A stretch of DNA of 64,000 nt from Patescibacteria group bacterium (GTDB taxonomy: Bacteria > Patescibacteriota > Microgenomatia > UBA1400 > PJMF01): positions 23,739 through 87,738 of the forward strand of contig JBBDKV010000017.1 in the NCBI GenBank assembly GCA_040879165.1, given 5' to 3'. The notes under the pieces are model-generated. The model had not been told where the DNA came from, did no database searches, and saw nothing but the letters and a program-made list of their open reading frames with translations. Below, piece by piece: positions 29,306 through 39,156 of the stretch (position 1 is the first letter of the stretch; every line of letters begins with the position of its first letter). Position numbers and translations under genes: made by a program.

Positions 29306-29334
29306 GAGCTCTTATCGTCTCATAATGAGTCGAT
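29290..29334. promoter_or_regulatory. Putative autoregulatory operator of the HTH-Fic gene
   Basis: TTATCGTCTCAT at 29290 and 29312; near-palindrome ATCGTCTCAT-A-ATGAGTCGAT; spans the start codon. Confidence 0.5.
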
Positions 29335-29424
29335 TTTTACAATCAGTATCATTTCTTGAGGTTTGGCTATAGGAATTTGCGTGACAACTCCGGAGGTAAG
29401 AAGAAAGATGCTATTAATCACTCG

Positions 29425-29787
29425 CTATTTTCGCAAAATCTTCTCCATCGCCCTCCCATTTGCCAACTCATCAACCAGCTTGTCCAGATATCTGACCTGT
29501 TTGGTTAGGGGACTATCAATTTCTTCGATGCGATAACCACAGATTGTGCCCGTAATCTGCTCAGCATTGGGATGCAGTGTTGCTTTTTGGAAAAATTCCT
29601 CAAAAGTAGCGTCCGCATCAATCAGCTTTTGCTGTTGCTTTTCATCAAACCCAGTCAGCCACTCAATAACCTGATGCAATTCTTTTTTTGTTCTGCCTTT
29701 TCTCTCAACTTTTGTGACGTAGTGGGGATAGACTTCTGCAAAGGTCATTTTTGCCATGCGCTCGTCGTGTTTTGGGGTGGTTTTCAT
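29425..29787 (-). CDS. DUF2200 family protein
   Basis: MTFAEVYPHYVTKVERKGRT, ITGTICGYRIEEI, RYLDKLVDELA. Confidence 0.88.
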   Translation of the reverse strand: MKTTPKHDERMAKMTFAEVYPHYVTKVERKGRTKKELHQVIEWLTGFDEKQQQKLIDADATFEEFFQKATLHPNAEQITGTICGYRIEEIDSPLTKQVRYLDKLVDELANGRAMEKILRK

Positions 29788-29789
29788 AG

Positions 29790-30221
29790 TTATTTCTCCT
29801 CATGAAAATTAATCATCCAACAGACTCCAAACTTGTCTTTGAAACTGCCATAGTAGTCACCCCAGAACTGATCGGCCATCGGCATTTCTACTTCGCCACC
29901 CTCGGACAATGCTGCGAAAAGCCTGTCTGCTTCTGCTTTTGAATCAGGGTGAACCGAGATGTAATTATTGTTTCCCATAGTGACTGGTTTGCCCATGGAC
30001 TTAGTGACGTCATTCGCCATTAAGTACTGCCCATCACCAAGAGGTATTGAAACATGCATAATCAAGTCTTTTTCATCTTCTGCTACTTCGTTGTTCTCAT
30101 CATCGGCCGGCATCTCGCCAAAAGTCATTGTCGAATCCATTTTGACTCCAAATGCTTGTTCGTAAAATTCAAAGGCTTGTCGGGCATTTCCATTAAAGTT
30201 GAGATATGGGTTGAGCTTCAT
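29790..30221 (-). CDS. VOC/PhnB family protein
   Basis: PYLNFNGNARQAFEFY, QFWGDYYG...DKFGVCWMI. Confidence 0.9.
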   Translation of the reverse strand: MKLNPYLNFNGNARQAFEFYEQAFGVKMDSTMTFGEMPADDENNEVAEDEKDLIMHVSIPLGDGQYLMANDVTKSMGKPVTMGNNNYISVHPDSKAEADRLFAALSEGGEVEMPMADQFWGDYYGSFKDKFGVCWMINFHEEK

Positions 30222-30342
30222 AGTTTCCTTTTTTGTGAGCACTACCAAGTAGCATTTTATACTTTGCCTTGAATTTTTTCTAGAGATACCTCATTTGTTA
30301 ATTCAGGCAAGATTTTACACAGCATCATATTTTGATCAGTGC

Positions 30343-31086
30343 CTACGTAATTTGTATCCTCCTTGTGGCGTGCTTAATAATCCACTGTGTGTTTGTATTG
30401 TCGGAAGTACGGTGTTTTTTAATGAATGCAACGGCGAGTGGCTTATTTACCTTCAGATAATCAGTCAAGTTGTTTGCTACAGATTTTTGGACAAATTTCA
30501 CATCATCTGCTAATAAGTTTGCGAGTATTGCAAAAACAGGTTCTGGCTCATCGATAAAAACATCAAGTTTTGTCGCCCAAGGTAGCTTTGGCCTACAACC
30601 TTCAGAAGCCAATCTGCGCAGATGAAAGTTTTTAGATTTTGACCATTTTTGCATGACTGTAATAGTCTTTTGAGGATACGTTTTTAGAAACGGTCGAATT
30701 GCATACTCACCAGTATTTCTTTTGGTTATTTCTTCAATAGCATGAATTGAGATCTCAAAATGCTCCAGTCCGTATGTTTCTACAAATTTTCCTATTGGCA
30801 GTATCCAGTAATACTGAGTGAACATGCCTGTTTCATTTGGATTTTCTTTCCCAAGTATTGAAGTTACAATCTGCAGTGCTTCAGGATAGGGTTGGGGTAA
30901 AAACTCCCTCAACCTTTTAGCATGTAGCTCCACTCTTTTAGAGTAACTGAGATCTTTGCACTCCTTTTTGATAGACTTGATGTAGGATTCGCTATCAAAT
31001 TCTTTGTAAACACTGGTAATTTTTTCAGCCAGTAATTTTGCAAGATTATCACCAAACCACTGAGTGACACTGTTGTCTTTTTCCAT
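30343..31086 (-). CDS. DNA alkylation repair (AlkD-like HEAT repeat) protein
   Basis: EYAIRPFL, HLRRLASEGCRPKLPW, VQKSVANNLTD. Confidence 0.85.
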   Translation of the reverse strand: MEKDNSVTQWFGDNLAKLLAEKITSVYKEFDSESYIKSIKKECKDLSYSKRVELHAKRLREFLPQPYPEALQIVTSILGKENPNETGMFTQYYWILPIGKFVETYGLEHFEISIHAIEEITKRNTGEYAIRPFLKTYPQKTITVMQKWSKSKNFHLRRLASEGCRPKLPWATKLDVFIDEPEPVFAILANLLADDVKFVQKSVANNLTDYLKVNKPLAVAFIKKHRTSDNTNTQWIIKHATRRIQIT

Positions 31087-31145
31087 ATATTCACTTTTTT
31101 AAAATTATAGCAGTCCAACTTGCTTTGTTCAGCTCGTTTCGTTCC

Positions 31146-31676
31146 TTAAAGAGCCACTAATTTCTGAATGGTGTTCCAGTTTCTTGTAGTCAAATTTTTT
31201 CCAAAACGCTTTTCTAACACGTCCATTGCTTTTGGAGTCTTTGCTTTTGACAGGTCTAGCACACTTAAAATTATATTATTTTTGACAGCAATTATTTGGT
31301 AGGCCTTGTCTTCTGTAGCATACGGAACTTCTAGCTCAGCCTGAGGGGTTTCTTTTAACAAAGAAGCATAGAGCCTGTGATCTGTATGCATATTGATGTG
31401 CTTGAAGGGATTTTGTTCAACCAACTCAGCTATCTCCTGCTGTGTTCTCAAAATCACAGGTATTGGAAATCCAAATGATTTGGAAAGAAAATCTTCTAGC
31501 TTGTTTTCTAAATCCTGCAGGTCCGAGCGCTTTGTTTCAAAAACAATATTTCCTGAATTTAGCAATGTTCTGACGTCTTCGCAACCTAGTTCATTGAGTT
31601 TGTCACGAAGCTCCGCCATCGGCACCTTGTGATGCCCTCCTACATTTATGCCGCGCAAAAAGCCGAGTGCTGTCAT
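31146..31676 (-). CDS. DUF1697 family protein
   Basis: LRGINVGG..KVPM, SGNIVF, TTRNWNT. Confidence 0.88.
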   Translation of the reverse strand: MTALGFLRGINVGGHHKVPMAELRDKLNELGCEDVRTLLNSGNIVFETKRSDLQDLENKLEDFLSKSFGFPIPVILRTQQEIAELVEQNPFKHINMHTDHRLYASLLKETPQAELEVPYATEDKAYQIIAVKNNIILSVLDLSKAKTPKAMDVLEKRFGKNLTTRNWNTIQKLVAL

Positions 31677-31679
31677 TTT

Positions 31680-31982
31680 CTATCCTTTTTTAGTATTTTT
31701 TTGAAAATCTAAATGTGCTTCTTGTAATTTCTTCTTAAAAATCGGCATAGATGATGGACCTATACCGTGCATATCAAGAATCTCTTTTTCTGTGTAATTT
31801 GAAAGGTGTTTGATGGTTTTTATTTCTGCGTGCTCCAAAGCCCGCCGCACTGGTGAACCCAACTCCGCCCAAATACTTTCTTTGGTCTTTTCTTTCTCAC
31901 AAGCAGGACATGTCAAGCAATCGCTTGATTTGTAAAATATGTGTCCTTTTGGGCAGGTTTTCTTTCGAGGTGTTTTTTTCAT
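31680..31982 (-). CDS. RNA polymerase alpha-CTD-like domain protein with N-terminal Zn motif
   Basis: CPKGH...C..CPAC; RRALEHAEI...EKEIL.MHGIGP. Confidence 0.78.
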   Translation of the reverse strand: MKKTPRKKTCPKGHIFYKSSDCLTCPACEKEKTKESIWAELGSPVRRALEHAEIKTIKHLSNYTEKEILDMHGIGPSSMPIFKKKLQEAHLDFQKNTKKG

Positions 31983-31984
31983 AG

Positions 31985-32326
31985 TTATTCTTTTACTTGT
32001 TTTAGCAAATCGGTGAGCGCTGATTCATCTATGTCTTGAGTGTCTTCTATGATAACAAATCGAATAAACTTTCCTTTTCCTTGTAAGAGCTTCTTTGGAT
32101 CATCGAGAGAACTGCCATTATAAAATCCAAGTTGAATGTAGTCTGACTCTGTGTGAATGTATGCTCTAGGTTTTTCCTCAAATATCCAACATCCTTGTCC
32201 CCATTTAACAGATTTTTCAAAATGAGGAGCGATTTTTTTAATCAAGCTTTCAAGTGCACTGATTAACTTTTTATTATCCTCAGATTGATCGTTTTTCCAG
32301 TCGGAAAAGGATTCATAGGCTTTCAT
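31985..32326 (-). CDS. DUF1801/YdhG-like protein
   Basis: VKWG, LGFYNG..L.DP..LL.GKGK..R. Confidence 0.82.
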   Translation of the reverse strand: MKAYESFSDWKNDQSEDNKKLISALESLIKKIAPHFEKSVKWGQGCWIFEEKPRAYIHTESDYIQLGFYNGSSLDDPKKLLQGKGKFIRFVIIEDTQDIDESALTDLLKQVKE

Positions 32327-32344
32327 TTTTTGCGTTTTTTAAAA

Positions 32345-33535
32345 TTATTTCTTAGTTATATCATAATCCGGCAGGTCGATATTGTCTCTCAAAGAACGAT
32401 CAATAACCACCTGCCTGAGAGGAGAAAATGACAAAGACTGCATTATAATGTTTCTAGCTTTTTGACCAAAGGTAGTTTTGGGTGCAAAAAAACCTCCAAA
32501 TATTTCTGCTCCTTTTTGTTTTTCCTTGATAAAATCTCGTAATCTTTTTTCATAATTTTCAAATGCTTTTTGGTGATCACCATTTGCGGCTTTTAGTTCT
32601 CCAGCCAAAACATAAGCCTGAGTCATTGCCAAACCTGTTCCTTCACCCGCAAGCAGTGAGGCGCAGCTGGCGGCATCACCAATTAAGGCAACACGACCTT
32701 TTGTCCAGCAATCGAGGTGAATTTGGCTAACACTATCAAAATAAATATCCTCAACTTCATTCATTCGTTCTAATATTTTTGGAGTTTCCCAACTCATGTC
32801 TCCAAAAACTTGTAAAAGAGCTTCTTTTTCTTCCGTTTCCGTTTCGGGTTCTTTTTCAGCAAGTTCTGAGCGAAATACAAATATAAAAAGTGTATTACCG
32901 TTTCTCATAGAAAAACGAGAAACTGACTTTTTGACCGGTGCATGCATGATGTACGTCAGTTCATTTCGTGGCTTGTAGTTAGGGAGCTCAAAGGCAGCAA
33001 CACGATATCCTAAGTGTTTTTCAAATTTTTCTTCCGGACCAAAGACGATTTTTCTTATTTCCGAATGTAAACCGTCTGCGCCAATTACCAAGTCAAACCT
33101 CTCTTTTGAACCATCTGAAAGTTTCGCGATAACACCGCTATCGTCCTGAGTAATTCCCACAATAGAAGTATCAAATCGTGTATCTACATCACTACACGCA
33201 TGATAAATAGTGGCAGCCAAATCGCTTCTGGCAATCGAAAGAAACCGATTGTTTATTGATTTTGCTATGGTGCTCATATCAACTCCGGCCTTCGTTTCCC
33301 CTTTGTCATTTACTATTTGTAGCTGACGAAACATATAAACCTTCTTTTTCAATTAATGTAAAATCCCCATTTTCTCGGCAATATCATACCCAACACCCCA
33401 AAAATCAATAATGTAACCGCCTGTACGCAATTCAGGAGCCTTTTCAAATAAGACAGGCTGATATCCATATTTTTTTAACCAATATGCAAGTGTTGGACCG
33501 GCAACACCAGCTCCGTTTATAGCTATTTTTCTCAT
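32345..33535 (-). pseudogene. FAD-dependent monooxygenase with in-frame TAA at 33353-33355
   Basis: The GAGVAG N-terminal ORF and the GADG/LIGDAA ORF are contiguous in one frame, separated by one stop codon. Confidence 0.85.
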
Positions 33536-33538
33536 AGT

Positions 33539-34099
33539 TTATTTTCTTAAATTTCTAATGGCATCAACAAGCTCTGGTAACCCATTGGTAAACGCGTGAG
33601 AGTCGCCATTAAGCGCATGTAACTTTGCTTGAGGAAGTGCTTTTTTGTACACATGTGCGTGATTAAACGGGACAATCGGATCATCTTGGCAATGGAATAA
33701 TTGCATCGACGGTATCTCGGGAAGCTTTTCTGCGAAATTCTTTGCCAGTTTGTATTCCTCAACATTCCAGTCTTCCTCGCCCCAGTAGGGAGCAGCAATT
33801 AAAAAGAGACCGGCAATTTTGATGTCAGAATTACGCTCGGAAAGATATTTTAGAAGAGAAGAACCTCCCAAAGAATGTCCGATGAGTACGCACTCGTCAT
33901 TGCCTCGTTCTCTAAATGCTTTACTCAGCAGGGATTGCCACATCTCGTCTGTAGGTGCTTCTGGATCTTCCAGTATTGGATAGTGTATCTCAAATTCTTC
34001 TCCCAGCTCGGCACGCAAATACGCAACGAGGTCATAGCTTCCTTTTCCTGGGCCGTCTTGTGCACCAGCGCTGTGAGCAAATATAATGTGTTTTTTCAT
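33539..34099 (-). CDS. Alpha/beta hydrolase (YdeN/RBBP9-like)
   Basis: GHSLGG nucleophile elbow, DDPIVP, H near the C-terminus. Confidence 0.88.
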   Translation of the reverse strand: MKKHIIFAHSAGAQDGPGKGSYDLVAYLRAELGEEFEIHYPILEDPEAPTDEMWQSLLSKAFRERGNDECVLIGHSLGGSSLLKYLSERNSDIKIAGLFLIAAPYWGEEDWNVEEYKLAKNFAEKLPEIPSMQLFHCQDDPIVPFNHAHVYKKALPQAKLHALNGDSHAFTNGLPELVDAIRNLRK

Positions 34100-34100
34100 A

Positions 34101-34612
34101 TTATTTTCCTAGATTTTTCATGGCTTCCAATAGTGTGGCATGGATATACTGCATTTCTTCGCTGGGCTCCCATGATGCATCGTCATCACCTTCATCCGTG
34201 TTCCATTCAGCTTCACCTTCGGTCTGGGGTTATGTTTGAACACCCACCAAAGGTTATTCCACGGGTCAGTAAAGCGAGAAAACACATCTCCATAAAAATC
34301 AGTGGGCTCGGTAACAATCTTTGCTCCCAATTTTTTAGCTCGCTTAAGCGTGCCGTCGACATCATCGACATATACCCTTAGCAAACTAGGCGTGAATGGC
34401 CTTCCTGGCTTAGTATCGCCCACCATTACGATTGAGTCTCCGATTGCAAGTTCTGAATGGATGAGTAATCCATCATTGTCAACTGTATGGGCTGCGGGGT
34501 CTTCGGTGGCACCAAATACTTCCTGCAAAAATTCTATCAGTTTAGAAGCGTCTTTGGTGATAATGAACGAGTTAGCGGTATTATGACCTTTTGGTATGTT
34601 TGGTTTTTTCAT
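34101..34612 (-). pseudogene. VOC family protein with probable frameshift near 34228
   Basis: VOC motifs (FYGD...DPWNNLWW). One extra C in the C4 run gives an acidic tail ending TAA at 34101, adjacent to the next ATG. Confidence 0.7.
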
Positions 34613-34613
34613 A

Positions 34614-35528
34614 CTATTTTCCATTGTAAGCTTCATTTAACTTAACAATATCAAACTTCTTCATCTTAATAAACGCTTCTGTTACTCTATCAATTTTTTC
34701 TTGATCACCACACGTCATCATTTCATTCATTATAGATGGAACGATTTGCCACGACACCCCGTATTTATCTTTCAACCATCCACATTGTTCAGATTCAGGA
34801 GCTGCAGAAAGCTTCTCCCAGTAGTAATCAATCTCTTCTTGAGTGTCGCAATGTACAACTAGAGAAATACCTTCATCGAAAGCAAATTTGTGCATATCAC
34901 TACTTGCGTCGGTTGCAGTAAACCGCTGACTTTCCAAAGTAAAATCAGTAAACATAATCGACCCTTCCTTACCACCCTCTGCTTCAGCACCCGCCGGATA
35001 ACGAGCAACAATCCCTCGCTTCGAATTCTTAAATACTGAGAGATAAAAATCGGTTGCCTCTTCTGCCTTGTCACAACCTTCTGTTACAAAGAGGAAAGAA
35101 GGAATGACAGCTGGACGATCTTCGCCATCAGGGTCGGTTAAAATAAGTTGCCACGATACTCCATACTTATCTTGAATCCAGCCATACTTCTTACTGAATG
35201 GATACTCACCAAGTTCCATTGCTACCATTCCGCCATCACTAAGTTTTTTCCAAATCTCATCTAACTCTTCTTCGGCATTATCCATTTTAGATGGATCAAA
35301 ATTAACCATAAATGAAATGGATGGGTTTGGCTTGAAATCAGGCCCTGCACTAATGGCCATAAAGTCTTGACCCATGACATTGAAAGTCATGATTTCACAG
35401 TCACCGGAAGGAGTGTTGTTTAAAATGGTACTACTGCTTACTTTTGAATTTGGAAAGACAGAAGCGTAAAATTCCGCGGCTTCTTTTGCTTGTGTATCAA
35501 ACCAAATATGGGGGATTATTTTTTGCAT
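34614..35528 (-). CDS. Double VOC (3-demethylubiquinone-9 methyltransferase-like) protein
   Basis: MQKIIPHIWFD; two copies of GW.xDKYGVSWQ. Confidence 0.9.
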   Translation of the reverse strand: MQKIIPHIWFDTQAKEAAEFYASVFPNSKVSSSTILNNTPSGDCEIMTFNVMGQDFMAISAGPDFKPNPSISFMVNFDPSKMDNAEEELDEIWKKLSDGGMVAMELGEYPFSKKYGWIQDKYGVSWQLILTDPDGEDRPAVIPSFLFVTEGCDKAEEATDFYLSVFKNSKRGIVARYPAGAEAEGGKEGSIMFTDFTLESQRFTATDASSDMHKFAFDEGISLVVHCDTQEEIDYYWEKLSAAPESEQCGWLKDKYGVSWQIVPSIMNEMMTCGDQEKIDRVTEAFIKMKKFDIVKLNEAYNGK

Positions 35529-35546
35529 GTTTTTATTCTTAGTGAT

Positions 35547-36044
35547 TTATAATTTTAGTAACTCCTCAAGCTGCGTAAGACCGGTATCAAATCCTTCCTT
35601 CATTCCCATCTTCACCAAGGTTTCAAGATCTGCCGCGCTCTTGAGCGTTAGAACGACTTTGAGATTAGTCACATCACCGTCCTGAGTAAAAAGTACCTCC
35701 CATTCTGTAGATGGCATATCACTTTTAATATTCCAATATTCATCAGCAAACGAGTCAGAGCACGTAAATGAATCTTGCGGATCGATCGTGTGAAACTCAT
35801 TTACACAATAATGGGCGACTTCTTCAGGACCAGACATTACATATCGCCACTGACCGCCTGGTTGAAAGTCAAAGCTATGAGTAATGGCCTTGTAGGGCAG
35901 GGGTCCCCACCACTTATCCAGTAATTCGGCGGTGGTGTAGTACTTCCAGACCTTGCTCTTTGGTGCATTAAAACTGCGCTCCGCGATGAGCTGGTTTTTT
36001 GCTGCATCTTCTGTGTACTTTGTTTTCATACAAACTTTCATCAT
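35547..36044 (-). CDS. SRPBCC/AHA1 domain protein
   Basis: ERSFNAP...VW...WWGP...DFQPGGQWRYVM. Confidence 0.88.
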   Translation of the reverse strand: MMKVCMKTKYTEDAAKNQLIAERSFNAPKSKVWKYYTTAELLDKWWGPLPYKAITHSFDFQPGGQWRYVMSGPEEVAHYCVNEFHTIDPQDSFTCSDSFADEYWNIKSDMPSTEWEVLFTQDGDVTNLKVVLTLKSAADLETLVKMGMKEGFDTGLTQLEELLKL

Positions 36045-36050
36045 TACTTA

Positions 36051-36368
36051 TTACTTTTCAAGTAACGCATCCAGGGCATCAAATCGAGCAGACCAAGCAG
36101 TTTTCATCTGCCGCACCCACTCCTCAAGCTCGTCAAATGCGCGTGCGTTGAGCGTGTACAACCGCCTGCGCGCCTGCCGCTCCATCTGTATCACCCGTGC
36201 CTCTCTCAAAATTTTCAGATGCTGGGAAATAGCTGCGGGAGAAATTTCAAATTGATTGGAAATGTCAGTGGCGGACATCTGACCACGGTCTGCCAGCAAC
36301 TCAACGATCTTTCTGCGTCGTGGTTCCGCTAAGGAGGAGAAAAGCAAGTTTGAAGAGTTTTGAAGCAT
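36051..36368 (-). CDS. ArsR/SmtB family transcriptional regulator
   Basis: LAEPRRRKIVELL, AISQHLKILREA, RRLY. Confidence 0.92.
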   Translation of the reverse strand: MLQNSSNLLFSSLAEPRRRKIVELLADRGQMSATDISNQFEISPAAISQHLKILREARVIQMERQARRRLYTLNARAFDELEEWVRQMKTAWSARFDALDALLEK

Positions 36369-36374
36369 GACTGC

Positions 36375-36413
36375 ATGTTACTGGAAGATGATATTTAAGT
36401 CAATGCTTAAATA
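36375..36413 (-). promoter_or_regulatory. Sigma70 promoter and ArsR operator
   Basis: TTGACT-17 bp-TAACAT 6 nt before the ATG; palindrome TATTTAAG-N6-CTTAAATA (36392-36413) overlaps -35. Confidence 0.7.
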
Positions 36414-36556
36414 AGACACATATGCGAAATTAGAGCAGTAGTCAATTTTTATGAAGATATTAAGAAATGAATGAGTGTAGGTACTCACTTCAAATCAATT
36501 TCACCTATTGGATCAAAACGGTACTAGATTAATGTTGAAGCCTCCTAATTTTGATA

Positions 36557-37021
36557 TTAGGCATATGGCTGATTTCTACCAATTTCAAAATATGTTTCAC
36601 AAAAATCTGATGATTTTTCTACAAACTTGAGCGAATCACTTACATAATCAATCACATTATTTGGGAGATCGCTAATGTTAAACCACTTCAATTCAGAACA
36701 TTTTCCTGGTTCATTATTGCGGATTTTTCCCTTCCAGTTACTGATTTCAAAATAAAAATCCAGCGTTTCTCTATCAATAGAAAATCTATCAAACACGCCA
36801 ACAAAATTTAGACTGTCTTCTGAAATAGTAATACCAAGTTCTTCCCAAGCCTCTCTGACAGCAGCATTTCTGACCGATTCATGAACTTCTTTATGACCCG
36901 CCGGAAGACCAAATTGACCATCTCTATGTCTCGTATTCTGGCGTTTCAAAAACAACACTTTATTATCTCTACGAAAAATGAGGAAAACAACCACATGTAG
37001 TTTAAAAGAGTGCTCAGTCAT
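36557..37021 (-). CDS. NUDIX hydrolase
   Basis: Nudix box GHKEVHESVRNAAVREAWEELG; NNEPGKC. Confidence 0.9.
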   Translation of the reverse strand: MTEHSFKLHVVVFLIFRRDNKVLFLKRQNTRHRDGQFGLPAGHKEVHESVRNAAVREAWEELGITISEDSLNFVGVFDRFSIDRETLDFYFEISNWKGKIRNNEPGKCSELKWFNISDLPNNVIDYVSDSLKFVEKSSDFCETYFEIGRNQPYA

Positions 37022-37023
37022 AG

Positions 37024-37665
37024 TTAGAATTTAGCAAATTTTTGCATCAAAATGCGTGACACACTTGTTGTTAGAATGTCTCTATCTAAAACTCCAATCT
37101 GGGAAAGCAAATGTCTCGTGTCATTCTTTGCTTTGTCAACATTTATGTCATCTACTAATTGCTCCACCTCAATGACTGTACCAAAGTCGGGTATTTCATC
37201 AAAAACTATCGTGTACTCTCCCAACTCATAAGTCTGCCTATCTTTGAGAATTGAAAAGAAGCATTTGAATCCAATAATTTCAAGTATTTGGCAGATAGAT
37301 TCCCATGACTGAATACTACTCTCAATTTCTCTCCAGGAACTATGATCATTTTGCCTTGTTAACACTTTGGTGTTAATATTACTTTCCACACCAGAAGATT
37401 TGGTAATTCTCCTCACTCGTAATCCGTACGAACCAACTTTATTCATGGCAATTTCATCAAAAGATCTCACATTCTGTGGGCAGAAATGAGCGTCTTCAAT
37501 TCTTTGATCTAAGATTCGCTCAGCACCCAGTTGTTCCAAGTTTTCAATAACCGTTGTTAAGACGTCTCGAGAAATTAGAGCCCTGGTTTCAACTTCTATG
37601 GGGGCTACCAACTTTTCAGTTGTGCTTAAAGAGTGTTCTTTATTTTTCATAATCTTATCATCCAT
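37024..37665 (-). CDS. CYTH-domain (class IV adenylate cyclase/triphosphatase-like) protein
   Basis: EVETR, LRVR, EIES, K.RQTY, D.I..FG.VIEVE. Confidence 0.82.
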   Translation of the reverse strand: MDDKIMKNKEHSLSTTEKLVAPIEVETRALISRDVLTTVIENLEQLGAERILDQRIEDAHFCPQNVRSFDEIAMNKVGSYGLRVRRITKSSGVESNINTKVLTRQNDHSSWREIESSIQSWESICQILEIIGFKCFFSILKDRQTYELGEYTIVFDEIPDFGTVIEVEQLVDDINVDKAKNDTRHLLSQIGVLDRDILTTSVSRILMQKFAKF

Positions 37666-37667
37666 AT

Positions 37668-38462
37668 TTAGCGTGTTGTATACCACTTTTTTGCAGGGAT
37701 TGTAAAAGTTACCTTGGCCTTGCTTGTTTCTCTAGACTCACTACCAATGATTTGAGCAGTTCTTTTCTTTGTTGATTCAAGAATAGCATTGAAGCGATCA
37801 TCATCTAAATTAATCGGAATGTCTGCTAGGTGTGCCGCACCATAATCTTGGTTTAGTTGTTTGTTTAAATCATCGGGCTTAGGCTTAGTTCTAACAGCAA
37901 TTTCTACTTGAGGAGCCTGTCTGGTTTTAGGCAAAAAATCAAATGGCCCAAATCCTACAAGCCAAGCCTCAGAGTCTTTACTAATTCGTAATCTCAACTC
38001 TAGTATAACAAACTCTCCAAATAATCGCTCTGCAGTAATTTTGACAATCTTTTTTTCGAATAATGACCGAATAGTGTCGCAAAGCTGTTCAACAGTATGG
38101 ATCTCTGGAAATATAAGACTTAAGTTTTGACACTTTGGGTTATCAATTGATGCTTGAAGCAGAGACGGTAAGTCATTGCTGTTCTCTCGAACAACCTCTG
38201 AGTCCCACCCAAGTTTATCTGCTTGTGCAGCAACGATTTGAGCGAATACACAGCCATTTTGACCTCTTATGTGCCAATGCCTCTGCACGTCCTTAACGAG
38301 TTGGTCATTGCTCCAGAGCTCGTGCGGATAACAAATCGTACCTTTTTTTATGAAATATGCTTCATAATCAATTCGAGCGGGAAACCTCAAGCCATTTATT
38401 TCAGTAGATTGTGAAATGGTATTGTTTATTTTAACTACACGTTCTTTACTCATATCAAACAT
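37668..38462 (-). CDS. Hypothetical protein, possibly YqcI/YcgG-like
   Basis: GQNGCVFAQ and GFGPFDFLPKTRQAP motifs; family assignment tentative. Confidence 0.6.
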   Translation of the reverse strand: MFDMSKERVVKINNTISQSTEINGLRFPARIDYEAYFIKKGTICYPHELWSNDQLVKDVQRHWHIRGQNGCVFAQIVAAQADKLGWDSEVVRENSNDLPSLLQASIDNPKCQNLSLIFPEIHTVEQLCDTIRSLFEKKIVKITAERLFGEFVILELRLRISKDSEAWLVGFGPFDFLPKTRQAPQVEIAVRTKPKPDDLNKQLNQDYGAAHLADIPINLDDDRFNAILESTKKRTAQIIGSESRETSKAKVTFTIPAKKWYTTR

Positions 38463-38548
38463 GATTAATAATTAGTACTATAGTTTATATTTTGATTTAG
38501 TCAACATCTCTTTGATATATTAGAAATTATTGGTAAAATCTAGATATC

Positions 38549-39115
38549 ATGAAAAATATCGAAGTTAGAACACAACTGGGTGGCAAGTTCTCCAGAGAAG
38601 ATGATGGGATATTTGTATTAAAGAAGCAACTGAAAAGTTTGGGAGTTGCAGTCACTTTTCCAGAGGGGGACAATATAATTGGTGATCACAATGGTATCCC
38701 AGTCACCTTTAACCCAAATGAGAAAGATTTCTATCAAGTTGAACTTGAATATTTAGCCTCTATTCGAGATAGCTCACTTCATATTGTTTATAACAATAAA
38801 CCAGATGTGTCTGGATATATCGGGGAGAGCGCAAGTCTCGAGATGCTGTATGCCATTGCACATAACAAACCTATCATTATCATGTACAGTCCTATAGTTC
38901 TATCCAATACAGTTTGGGATGAGGTCAGAGAGCCTATTAGCAGAAATCAAAATGAGTTTTTTCAGATACGATTCGATCTTTTAACTCCTGAAGAAGTGCT
39001 ATCAATAATCGATAGGGCTGCTCAAAGCACCCCAAAATATAAACTAACCTCTGAGGAATCTGAAAAAGTATTTCCGCTTATATTAAAGTTAATGAGGCAG
39101 TACAGAAATAGATAG
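38549..39115 (+). CDS. Nucleoside 2-deoxyribosyltransferase-like protein
   Basis: IRDSSLHIVYN...GYIGESASLEMLYAIAHNKPI resembles the NDT-fold signature. Confidence 0.65.
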   Translation: MKNIEVRTQLGGKFSREDDGIFVLKKQLKSLGVAVTFPEGDNIIGDHNGIPVTFNPNEKDFYQVELEYLASIRDSSLHIVYNNKPDVSGYIGESASLEMLYAIAHNKPIIIMYSPIVLSNTVWDEVREPISRNQNEFFQIRFDLLTPEEVLSIIDRAAQSTPKYKLTSEESEKVFPLILKLMRQYRNR

Positions 39116-39156
39116 GTGCAGTATGAGCACAAAACCAGATAAAAAAATTATTCAGC

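Noticed and set aside
33353-33355. Recoding or alternative genetic code at the monooxygenase stop
   Set aside because: The codon is TAA, not TGA or TAG, and TGA ends intact genes here (e.g. 4438, 47836). Nonsense mutation or sequencing error is simpler.
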